Shown: piece by piece, positions 1 to 8,108 of the stretch
How the letters are laid out: every line of letters begins with the position of its first letter
How positions within the stretch are numbered: position 1 is the first letter of the stretch
Source: a virus
DNA length: 64,000 bases
Reading direction: 5' to 3' (one strand)
IMG/VR virus record: IMGVR_UViG_3300032272_000002
Location: 32,001 to 96,000 of that record
Notes under the pieces: generated by a model
What the model saw: the letters and a program-made list of their open reading frames with translations, nothing else
Told to the model about the DNA's origin: nothing
Databases searched by the model: none
Program-made: the position numbers and the translations under genes

Positions 1-20
1 AGCGGGCCAACCTCAACTTC

Positions 21-1388
21 ATGTATTTCTCGGCTGCCACGATGGATCCGTGGATCGACTTCATCGGCGTCCCCCGCGAAATGGAGGATGACAAAGGTGC
101 GTACCTTGAACTGGTGCGTCCCAAGGCCCTCCGCGACGATACCGTCGAAGCCATCTTCCTGGACGAGTACAACCGTGCCCCCAAGAAGATCCGGAACGCA
201 GTCATGGAATTGATCCAATTCAAGTCCATTAACGGACATCACTTCCCCAACCTCAAGGTGATCTGGACCGCTGTTAACCCTGACGACGGCAACTACGACA
301 CCGAAGGCATGGACGACGCCCAGAAGGACCGCTTCCAGGCCCACGTCGAAGTGCCGTTCAAGCCCGACCCCAAGTACTTCGCCCGCAAGTTCGGTGAAGA
401 CGTGGCTGAGGCTGCCGTCGCATGGTGGAAGGCTCTTTCGCCCGATGTCCAACCGAAGGTCTCTCCTCGCCGCCTGGACTACGCTCTGGAGGCGTACAAC
501 ATGGGCATCGAGCTTCGTGGTGCGATCCTGCCGAAAGCGGCCAACGTGTCGAAGCTCGTTGAGGATCTCTCCAAGGGTCCTGCGGAACGCCGCTTCAACC
601 AGCTTTTGAACAGCAAAAAGCGTAAGCCGATGCAGGAGTTTCTGTCGGACGAAAACAACTTTGCTGATCTAGAAAAGGTCATCGCCGGTTCTGATACTGC
701 TATCGAATTCTGCGTGAGTCTTCTGGCTCCGGAGAAGCAGCAGGTCATGATTACCCGCTACCCCAAGGTCCAGAACTACGTGTTCGCCAACCCTGGCTCG
801 TTCTGGGATCTGATCGAGCGTGTCTCTCAAGACGGTCAGAACAAAGACATGAAAGATAGGGCGACTGCTATCGTGGATGCCCGCGAACGTCGTCAGCAAG
901 CCTTCGGTGCCGGTAACGACCCTTTTGCTAGTGAAAAGAAGAACGTCAGCAAGTACAATGCTGATGCTCTTGGTGACTCCATCGAACTGGCCGACAATTT
1001 CTCTGGCCGCAACGTTCATATTGGTGCAACTCGCACCTCTACGGACATCGATCCGCAGACCGTTCTGAATGCACAAACCACTCAGCAACGCATGCCGATT
1101 CTCACGACGGACCTTCCGGATTGTGTGTCGGTCAACATGGAGCAGCACGAAGCAGTTTATGCTCTGCAAATCCTCGACTACATCGCGGCTCGCTCGCAAG
1201 AGACGACCATCACCAAGAGTCCTGATATCGATAGGACTATCAATACTGTGATCCTGGCGATCCAAAATCACTCGCCCAACATCACGGTCAAAGATCTGGC
1301 CGAAGTGGCTCCCTACGTCATGACGAAGATCGTTCCGGTTCTCGTCAACCAAGTACGCCACGGAGAGTTTGTCTTCGGACGGAAGTAA
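21..1388 (+). CDS. MoxR-like AAA+ ATPase (probably 5'-truncated by the window edge)
   Basis: Walker B IFLDEYNRA, sensor TAVNP, Arg-finger DRF, SPRR motif; no Walker A in the window; followed by a VWA partner. Confidence 0.8.
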   Translation: MYFSAATMDPWIDFIGVPREMEDDKGAYLELVRPKALRDDTVEAIFLDEYNRAPKKIRNAVMELIQFKSINGHHFPNLKVIWTAVNPDDGNYDTEGMDDAQKDRFQAHVEVPFKPDPKYFARKFGEDVAEAAVAWWKALSPDVQPKVSPRRLDYALEAYNMGIELRGAILPKAANVSKLVEDLSKGPAERRFNQLLNSKKRKPMQEFLSDENNFADLEKVIAGSDTAIEFCVSLLAPEKQQVMITRYPKVQNYVFANPGSFWDLIERVSQDGQNKDMKDRATAIVDARERRQQAFGAGNDPFASEKKNVSKYNADALGDSIELADNFSGRNVHIGATRTSTDIDPQTVLNAQTTQQRMPILTTDLPDCVSVNMEQHEAVYALQILDYIAARSQETTITKSPDIDRTINTVILAIQNHSPNITVKDLAEVAPYVMTKIVPVLVNQVRHGEFVFGRK

Positions 1389-1409
1389 GAAAGTCTGAAT
1401 TGGTGACTT

Positions 1410-1435
1410 GCCTACCACGCTTCGGCGTGGTAGGC
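1410..1435 (+). other. Perfect 11-bp hairpin with UUCG loop between the AAA and VWA genes
   Basis: GCCTACCACGC-TTCG-GCGTGGTAGGC; weak U-tract. Confidence 0.6.
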
Positions 1436-1474
1436 TTCATCTGTATTCGAAGGACCTAACCAAAGAACAAAGCA

Positions 1475-2899
1475 ATGGCTACATACGAAGAATTCGAAGA
1501 TATCGCCCCTGGGCTGGAACGCTGGCACGGACTGTTCAGCCAGTTCTGGTCAATGGGTGCTCCCCGCTTCACCAGGAAAATCCCCACGGCAGCCGTGGCC
1601 TTCAATAAGAAGGGTCAATACGCGGAGTTCCTGTTCAATCCGGAATTTTGGGATCAAATGTCCCCGACCGCTCGCGAGTTCATTGTCTGCCACGAATGTC
1701 TGCACGTTCTGTATGAGCACGGACTTCGCATGGTCAACGCTGAGCAGAAGCAGGTTGCCAACCTCGCCATGGACGTGGTAGTAAACCACTCACTAATCGA
1801 CAACTTCGGATTCACCCACGAAGATCTCGACTGCGACGTTCGTTTCGACGATCAACCGGAAGATTCTGAAACAAAAACTCTCGATGAAGTCCTTATCTGG
1901 AAGGACAAAATGTACGAGAAACCGGACGAGATCGCTGACAACGAAACGTTCGAATATTACTATCGCAAGCTCATGGAGCGTGTCGATGAAATGATTAAGA
2001 ATGGAGAAATCTCCACGGACGGCAACGGCATCCCGATCTCCATGCCCGGTAGCGGTAGCGGCTCTCCTCTGGACGAGCAGACGATTGACTCTCACGAATT
2101 CATGGAGGGTGGATCGGGTACGCAGGCCGGTGAGGATGAAGACGAAGATGGAAGCGGCTCAGGCGATTCAGAGGATATCGACGGCGAGCCTGACAAGGGT
2201 CTCGAAGGTCTTGAGCAACTGCCGGATGAAGTCGTCGATGATATGGTTGACGAAATCCGTCGTCAGCTTAATCCTGATGAAAACTCCCAAATGACCAAGG
2301 CCGGTGTCGGTCGCGGTGACAAGGTTTACAAGGTGCGTTTTGCCAAGAAGAAGGCTCTCCAGAAATGGGAAAAGCTAGTTCAAATGTGGACTGCCTCTGG
2401 CGAGGCACCCGACGACGTTTGGACCCGCAAGCACCGTCGTCACCACATGCTTCCGCCTCAATTCATGATGCCCTCCGAGCATGAGGAAGAGACCGAGAAC
2501 GCCAAGGTCAACGTGTGGTTTTTCCAGGACATTTCCGGTTCCTGCACGTCCTACCTGGACGACTTCTACAACGCCGCTCGCACCTTCCCTGAGCACTTCT
2601 TCCAGCTTCGCATGTTCGGCTTTGATACAGGAGTTATCGAGGTCGATCCAAAGAACCCGAATCTCCGGGCTGGCGGCGGCACCTGCTTCCGCTGCATCGA
2701 GGATGCTATTCAGCAGAAAATGAAGACGACCGGCTGCCGCTACCCTGATGCGGTGTTCGTCTTCACTGACGGATGCGGCACAGACGTTTCCCCACAATAC
2801 CCTGACCGCTGGCACTGGTTCCTGGAAGGCCACTACCAGAGCGAGCACAACATCCCGAAGGAAAGTAGTCGCTACCAACTCAAGGACTTTGTGAAATGA
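1475..2899 (+). CDS. Metallopeptidase-like (HExxH) + VWA-like protein (DUF2201-type MoxR partner)
   Basis: HECLH, NLAMDVVVN, acidic linker, DISGS MIDAS-like motif, GGGT, FTDG. Confidence 0.8.
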   Translation: MATYEEFEDIAPGLERWHGLFSQFWSMGAPRFTRKIPTAAVAFNKKGQYAEFLFNPEFWDQMSPTAREFIVCHECLHVLYEHGLRMVNAEQKQVANLAMDVVVNHSLIDNFGFTHEDLDCDVRFDDQPEDSETKTLDEVLIWKDKMYEKPDEIADNETFEYYYRKLMERVDEMIKNGEISTDGNGIPISMPGSGSGSPLDEQTIDSHEFMEGGSGTQAGEDEDEDGSGSGDSEDIDGEPDKGLEGLEQLPDEVVDDMVDEIRRQLNPDENSQMTKAGVGRGDKVYKVRFAKKKALQKWEKLVQMWTASGEAPDDVWTRKHRRHHMLPPQFMMPSEHEEETENAKVNVWFFQDISGSCTSYLDDFYNAARTFPEHFFQLRMFGFDTGVIEVDPKNPNLRAGGGTCFRCIEDAIQQKMKTTGCRYPDAVFVFTDGCGTDVSPQYPDRWHWFLEGHYQSEHNIPKESSRYQLKDFVK

Positions 2900-3279
2900 G
2901 AATTCGTACGCACGCCGAGGTCAACGTTCAATACTCTATTACCTATAAAAAGAGAAAGTACCATTACAACTATCAATTCGTCACCCATGGCGGCGAGTTG
3001 CGGTTCCGGGGACTTAGCGTTGGCCACTACGGCGTGGTACATGATTTTCAAAAAACCACTGGACGCGACTGGAATGAGGTGGTATTCTTGTATCCTGGCA
3101 TGCAGAAGAACGTCGCCCACGACAAGTCGTACGGGCAGCCTGTTCTAAAGGTCAGCGACCTACCTCCCGACATTCGGGATATCACCAAGAGAAAAGACCT
3201 AGTAATTCCTGAGGCTGTGAAAGAAGCCGCCCAACGCAAAGTAAAATTAACAGTAAGTGATGAATTCGCAAAACGATAA
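2896..3279 (+). CDS. hypothetical protein
   Basis: ATGA-coupled to the previous gene. Confidence 0.6.
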   Translation: MRIRTHAEVNVQYSITYKKRKYHYNYQFVTHGGELRFRGLSVGHYGVVHDFQKTTGRDWNEVVFLYPGMQKNVAHDKSYGQPVLKVSDLPPDIRDITKRKDLVIPEAVKEAAQRKVKLTVSDEFAKR

Positions 3280-3862
3280 AGTAGACAGATATCTTGGCAG
3301 GGTGTACGAATCCCTGCCGGAAGCTGGCGTACAGTTTGCCCAGATTCCTTGGGCTCTCATATCACTGGCGACCTTTGGCTTGGGCATGTGGACACTGTAC
3401 GGAGGCGGCCCCGAAAGGGGGCTCACGTCGGCCCACGCACTACTCTGGGTTTTCATTGTGCTCGACGGCATCATGCTGTCTATTCTGGCACTAGCGTCCT
3501 TCGGGCACGCCTTTATCTCTGCAAAAGACCCGGTTGCGGGAGATAAGGTCCTATTTACTAGCGAATACAGGTCAAATTGGCTGAGTAAGTTTACTTCCTA
3601 CACTGATGCACCGTTGATGCTTGTTTTAGCAGTCCTGGCGTCCTGGCCAGTAGCTATCTTTGCCCTCTCTCTCCTGCTGGGTGCAGAGTGGATGGGAAAG
3701 TATATCCATAAGAACAACAAGCAGGAACGTCGAAATGAATTGGCAAAAATGGATGAGGCCGAGCTTCACGCACTCTTCGCTACTGATGAAGAGGAAGAGG
3801 CTGTTGGCAGGGATATTGACGATCTGTTGAAAGAATTTGAGAACTTTCAGGGGGATCTCTAA
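3257..3862 (+). CDS. hypothetical membrane protein
   Basis: 3-4 hydrophobic segments, acidic C-terminal tail. Confidence 0.7.
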   Translation: MMNSQNDKVDRYLGRVYESLPEAGVQFAQIPWALISLATFGLGMWTLYGGGPERGLTSAHALLWVFIVLDGIMLSILALASFGHAFISAKDPVAGDKVLFTSEYRSNWLSKFTSYTDAPLMLVLAVLASWPVAIFALSLLLGAEWMGKYIHKNNKQERRNELAKMDEAELHALFATDEEEEAVGRDIDDLLKEFENFQGDL

Positions 3863-3879
3863 GAAAATCCGGAAAAGTG

Positions 3880-3908
3880 TTGGACGTTCAGGAGATTGAG
3901 TGTATAAT
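3880..3908 (+). promoter_or_regulatory. sigma70-like promoter upstream of the large ncRNA
   Basis: TTGGAC-17bp-TATAAT. Confidence 0.6.
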
Positions 3909-3914
3909 ACCCTT

Positions 3915-5390
3915 GTCCCCGAAGTTGTCGGGAACGTCTGATACGGAAAGTGGCCTTCCAGTAGGGGAAACAGCGGCCACACCCAGGTAAGTGAATAATT
4001 TACAAGGGCACCCTACTGAACTCGGGTCCAATGCCTTCGGGTACGATCACGGAGCGAGTCAACTCCAAAAGCAAAGCCTTTCTCGGGCCAGTCTTTGACA
4101 ACTAGGTGAAGTAAAAACGACCCCGGCTTAGTGGCCGGGGTCACCGTACACTTCTGGCTTCGGCCAGGAGCTTGACCGTGTTCTCCGGTCATAAAACCCA
4201 CGTCCTTTAGTTCGATTAACCGGGGCTGGGCACCGAAAGGTGATAGTGAAAAGCCGGTATCAACTACGCCCATACCAACGGGAAATAGAGATACTTGGTC
4301 GGTGTGGGATAGATTTCCTGGCAGAAATCGAAACCCACCAGAGGTTCGCGTTATGAGATTCCCTGCCAGGGTAATAATTCTAGTGCGTTCAGAGTGGATT
4401 TGGTTACTTATCAGAACAACGGTTATGGTCATCTTTATGATAAAAGATCCTGGGAAACTGTCCGATAGGGCAGAAAGTAACACTTTGTGTAGCAGAAAGC
4501 GTCTCTGCTCCATCCTGAAAGGGAGGGAGTGTCCCGCGAGGGGTATTTTTGAGAATGTCTCAGGCATTCAAAGAGGTACGTGCGAGCCGAGGGTGTCGAT
4601 CAACACTCCGAAGCGATCACAGAATGATGCACAATGTATCGGCTGCTGTTGGCTGCCCGAGAGGGAAACGACAGTGACGAAGCCAGTGAAGAGACTAATC
4701 TCTCGTTCACAGACCGTTTCTACCGTGCTGGTGGGGCGGGATCACTGGTGTCCAGGGCGAGATCTTGTGATAGCCTGATTACGAACACTCCGTGTTGTAG
4801 CGGATAGTGAGGGTGGCGAAAACCTCATGATGAAGTGGAGTAACTCCCATAAAAACAGCTCCTAGTCTCGGAGAGACCGGGGCGGACCCCCGTAAGTTAT
4901 CCATGGTGGAGAAAGCGTCCTTATGAAGCTAAGGCCGAGGGAAGCGTTCTACGAAGCTAAGGTAACAGTCCACCATCCAACGCGGGCAGATGAGTCCCCA
5001 ATATGTTCTTGCATAGCAAGCTGAACTAGTGGTCGATAGATAAAATAAGAAGTTTTTGGGGGATCGACCCGTTGCCCGCGTTACTTTCAGGTCTGGTGAT
5101 AGTAGAAATAGATCCTTCCGTTTGATCGCGGTGTTCTATCAGAGAAGTGAAGATAACCCAATAATGGGATCCATTGGACTCCAATCCTTTTCGTACCAGA
5201 CCTTCAATGCAAACGACACTCTCGCTACGAGGCCATTTGCTTTAAATGGGCAAGGATAGCGGTCTTCTTACTGGCAATCTTTGACTAGAAAGAGATAATA
5301 CTACATCCTCTATGGAGTAAGCTGATAGGTTATCAAAGCAAGTTGGCTCATCGTCTAAAAATAGGACGCCCCTTATTTTATTTATATACC
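3915..5390 (+). ncRNA. Large structured non-coding RNA (GOLLD/ROOL-like class; family unassigned)
   Basis: No credible ORF for ~1.5 kb; many UUCG/GNRA hairpins and long-range helices; lies directly upstream of a tRNA cluster. Confidence 0.65.
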
Positions 5391-5441
5391 CAAGGGGAAA
5401 TGCAGGTGGATAATCCTGTTGAGTCAGCGTTTTAGAACAAT

Positions 5442-5568
5442 GTCCCTGTAGTGTTAATGGCAATCGATAAATGGTGGTACTGAAAACATCGATTGGGCTC
5501 GCATGCAAGCCTTAGCACGCTTCCTCGATAGGGAAGTAGAGTAGGTTCGATTCCTGCCGGGGACGCCA
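5442..5568 (+). tRNA. Atypical tRNA with a ~50-nt D-loop insertion (anticodon GAT by geometry)
   Basis: GTCCCTG/CGGGGAC-G-CCA acceptor, GTAGG-TTCGATT-CCTGC T arm, CTTCC/GGAAG anticodon stem. Confidence 0.6.
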
Positions 5569-5718
5569 TTCACGCCTCTGGACATAAACCAGAATCACTG
5601 TCGATTGGGATAAGACGCTGGTAGTAGACCAATCCGCCAGAGGCGTTTAAAATTGGCATGGAGAGTGGAGCTTAGCGGCTTGCCTTATTAGAAATAGTCA
5701 AAACTCTCCACCGAACAT

Positions 5719-5795
5719 GCCGTATTAGTGTTCAACGGATAGCACGCCACCTTGCCATGGTGGAAGTATCGGTTCGAATCCGATATATGGTTCCA
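5719..5795 (+). tRNA. tRNA-Gly(GCC)
   Basis: Cloverleaf, loop TT-GCC-AT, encoded CCA. Confidence 0.9.
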
Positions 5796-5800
5796 ATCAC

Positions 5801-5886
5801 GGGAGTATCGCATAGCGGCTATTGCTCCAGGCTGTAACCCTGGCGTCCCTAGGACACCGTAGGTTCGAGTCCTACTGCTCCCACCA
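5801..5886 (+). tRNA. tRNA-Tyr(GTA)
   Basis: Cloverleaf with long V arm, CT-GTA-AC, CCA. Confidence 0.9.
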
Positions 5887-5889
5887 ATC

Positions 5890-6234
5890 ATGAAGAAACT
5901 TATATTATGCCTCGCGATAATTCTCGGTAGCATTTGCTATCTGAGTTATACGCCTAAGCCTGAATTTGAGGCAAATATTCTTGTGGAATATACTGACTAC
6001 GAGCCTGAATTCTCGGTCCAAGCTATATTCAATCAAAATGAATCCTACTCAGTGGCCAACGTGAACGTGCGTGATGCTGACTCTGTATTAGCCTTTAGCT
6101 TCTTCAAGGTTGACGACGAGCCGTTGCCATGGGTCGTTGAAGCAATTAATATTGAAGATTCAAATGGTCTTTATCATTCGATGAAGATAACATTAGATAT
6201 CGTGGATAGTGAATTAGTCATTATAAAAAACTGA
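5890..6234 (+). CDS. hypothetical exported or membrane-anchored protein
   Basis: MKK plus hydrophobic N-terminus. Confidence 0.6.
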   Translation: MKKLILCLAIILGSICYLSYTPKPEFEANILVEYTDYEPEFSVQAIFNQNESYSVANVNVRDADSVLAFSFFKVDDEPLPWVVEAINIEDSNGLYHSMKITLDIVDSELVIIKN

Positions 6235-6235
6235 A

Positions 6236-6469
6236 ATGAAGAAACTGTTAGCTTTGATTACTGTTGCCGCAATTGGCGGTATCCTCTTTTTCCAGTATTC
6301 CGCTCCTGATAATTATGAAGGTCCGCCTCTGATTGGGCCGGGGCTAGAAGCCGTCATGTGTAAAACGGGTGACGGATCTCTTGTGCAGGGATATAAGGCC
6401 GAAGATGGCACTATTGTCCACATCGTTTCCGAGGGATCCACGCACACGCACGTTCCTTGCGAGCATTAA
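6236..6469 (+). CDS. small exported or membrane-anchored protein
   Basis: MKK plus hydrophobic N-terminus. Confidence 0.6.
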   Translation: MKKLLALITVAAIGGILFFQYSAPDNYEGPPLIGPGLEAVMCKTGDGSLVQGYKAEDGTIVHIVSEGSTHTHVPCEH

Positions 6470-6476
6470 TTTGTAT

Positions 6477-6552
6477 GGTAGCTATAGTGTAGTGGCCTGC
6501 ACGGAAGGTTGTGAACCTTCAAGTCTCGGATCGATACCGAGTAGTTACCCCA
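6477..6552 (+). tRNA. tRNA-His(GTG)
   Basis: G-1:C73, TT-GTG-AA, CCA. Confidence 0.9.
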
Positions 6553-6559
6553 AAAACAC

Positions 6560-6633
6560 GGGCACGTAGCATTGTGGAATGCAGCCGCCTCTAAAACGGT
6601 AAGAAGCGAGTTTGACTCTCGTCGTGCCCTCCA
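6560..6633 (+). tRNA. Amber suppressor tRNA (anticodon CTA)
   Basis: GGGCACG/CGTGCCC-T-CCA acceptor; GCAT/ATGC D stem; loop CT-CTA-AA; GCGAG/CTCGT T arm. Confidence 0.85.
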
Positions 6634-6673
6634 TTTTCACTTGACAACCACAACCAGCGTGGTAGGGTGTAGT

Positions 6674-6952
6674 ATGCGTTACGTCACAATGGTTGGAGAT
6701 ATCATCTCCGAGCCTTTCGAATCCAAGCATGATAGACTGTGCTTCAAGCTGCGTGACCCCAATGGCTTAGATATTACCTGCTACGCCCCCTTTCAATTGG
6801 CACACCACGTCAGAGAAGGCGACTATATTATGTGCTATGGTAAGATCGTAACGACAGATGATGGTCGCATGATTGTGTCCTTGGAAGCAATACACGAAGA
6901 AGATAGACCAGTGCCCGAGCCCAACACGTTCGAGTTAGGTGGAGCCCTGTGA
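6674..6952 (+). CDS. OB-fold-like small protein with C-terminal FELGGAL motif
   Basis: Beta-strand pattern (VREGDYIMCYG); start moved to ATG 6674 after promoter 6641-6668. Confidence 0.7.
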   Translation: MRYVTMVGDIISEPFESKHDRLCFKLRDPNGLDITCYAPFQLAHHVREGDYIMCYGKIVTTDDGRMIVSLEAIHEEDRPVPEPNTFELGGAL

Positions 6953-7227
6953 CAATTGGATATGTAGAAGGGCCAGTAATGTCAATAAGTTTTGGAATTG
7001 ATTATGTTGAATTTGACGTTCGTGCCATTGGGCAATTTAGCAACGCAGCTAAGCGAGTACGCTGTATCGCCCCCATTAATTTTAAAAGCGTTATAAAATT
7101 GAACAATGAAGTCAGCATCAGCGGCACAGTAGAACATGAGGACACGCCGAGCGGAGTTTTCTCACGTATTAGAGTCACCCGCGTTGAACGAGTGACTAAT
7201 GAATTTCTGCTCAGCGGAGCATTGTAG
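6949..7227 (+). CDS. OB-fold-like small protein with C-terminal FLLSGAL motif
   Basis: Similar pattern to the previous ORF; GTGA coupling. Confidence 0.7.
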   Translation: MTIGYVEGPVMSISFGIDYVEFDVRAIGQFSNAAKRVRCIAPINFKSVIKLNNEVSISGTVEHEDTPSGVFSRIRVTRVERVTNEFLLSGAL

Positions 7228-7251
7228 TGTACTATTAATTGGAGACATAAA

Positions 7252-7563
7252 ATGACCTAGACTCACTATTTTATTCTTGTTAGAAAAGATTTACCCCTCT
7301 CCCAGCAACTTGTGCAAGCCTCGCACGCAGCTTATGAAGCTGGGAAGAAAGATAGCGGCCCGGATATTTTATCTGTGGCAATGTGTGAGACACCCTCGGA
7401 AGACCAGCTACTAGCTGAGGCCGACAGGCTCGAATACTTAGGTATTAAATATACTCTCTTCCGAGAACCTGATAGAAATAACGAGGCCACCGCTCTATGT
7501 ACGGAACCTCTTTCTTCGCAGCAACGTAAGCGGCTCGCCCGCTGGAAGTTATGGGAGGTCTAA
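7252..7563 (+). CDS. Peptidyl-tRNA hydrolase Pth2-like protein with in-frame TAG at codon 3
   Basis: GGAG SD, then ATG ACC TAG ACT ... YFILVRKDL...QLVQASHAA...FREPD...TAL; in frame with ORF 7312-7563. Confidence 0.75.
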
Positions 7564-7565
7564 TC

Positions 7566-7592
7566 ATGTTGTAGACAGCAAGACCACCCTAA
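7566..7592 (+). other. Minigene M-L-(TAG)-T-A-R-P-P-stop
   Basis: GGAGGT SD at 7554-7559; ATG TTG TAG ACA GCA AGA CCA CCC TAA. Confidence 0.5.
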
Positions 7593-7654
7593 GTAATATC
7601 TGTTTCTGTTTTATTTACTGTTACACTTTAAACAAACAAAAAGAGATAGATATT

Positions 7655-7948
7655 ATGAAAGAACTGAAAGAACTAATCAAAACGCTCGCCGCCGAGCAGA
7701 TCGAATTGAAAGCTGGCCGTAAGACGGGATCGAATCCCGGCTATGAGAAACGCTGTGCATCTAATGATGCAGCCAGCAAAGTCCGTCGTAACAAGCCGAA
7801 GATTACTGCGGCACATAATCTGATGCATGAGCTTCGTGGCTCTGATTACCAGCATAACCTTCCCGATGATTGGGATTGGCTCTATTGGTACAGAAAGGAC
7901 ATGGAAGCCTTGCGTGCAGAGTTTGCGGTTGAGCCCGCAACAGAATAA
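7655..7948 (+). CDS. hypothetical protein
   Basis: ORF after an AT-rich leader. Confidence 0.65.
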   Translation: MKELKELIKTLAAEQIELKAGRKTGSNPGYEKRCASNDAASKVRRNKPKITAAHNLMHELRGSDYQHNLPDDWDWLYWYRKDMEALRAEFAVEPATE

Positions 7949-7952
7949 GAAT

Positions 7953-8030
7953 GGCCCCATCGTCTACTGGCGTATAGGACACCTCCCTTTCAAGGAGGAG
8001 AAGAGGGATCGATACCCTCTGGGGTCACCA
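7953..8030 (+). tRNA. tRNA-Glu(TTC)
   Basis: CT-TTC-AA, CCA. Confidence 0.9.
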
Positions 8031-8031
8031 T

Positions 8032-8107
8032 GCCTTGCTGGTGTTTAATGGCAGCACGTTGGATTTCCAATCCAAAGGTAGGAGTTCGAGTCTCCTGCGA
8101 GGTTCCA
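8032..8107 (+). tRNA. tRNA-Gly(TCC)
   Basis: TT-TCC-AA, T73, CCA. Confidence 0.9.
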
Positions 8108-8108
8108 C

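Noticed and set aside
3842-3862. C-terminus ENFQGDL as an 18th GAL tag
   Set aside because: It lacks the invariant L at -5 and A at -2.
3940-4142. RNase P RNA (GGAAAG...CCCGGCTTA)
   Set aside because: The GAGGAAAGTCC consensus is not matched and the CGGCTTA lies inside a local hairpin. A covariance search is needed to exclude it fully.
3915-5390. Group I/II intron or complete tmRNA
   Set aside because: No interrupted host gene, no clear domain V or P7 core, and no Ala acceptor/T arm/CCA around the tag-like frame.
4013-5508. ORFs 4013-4567, 4302-4778, 5056-5259 and 5242-5508
   Set aside because: Atypical composition, no SD, and they overlap dense RNA structure.
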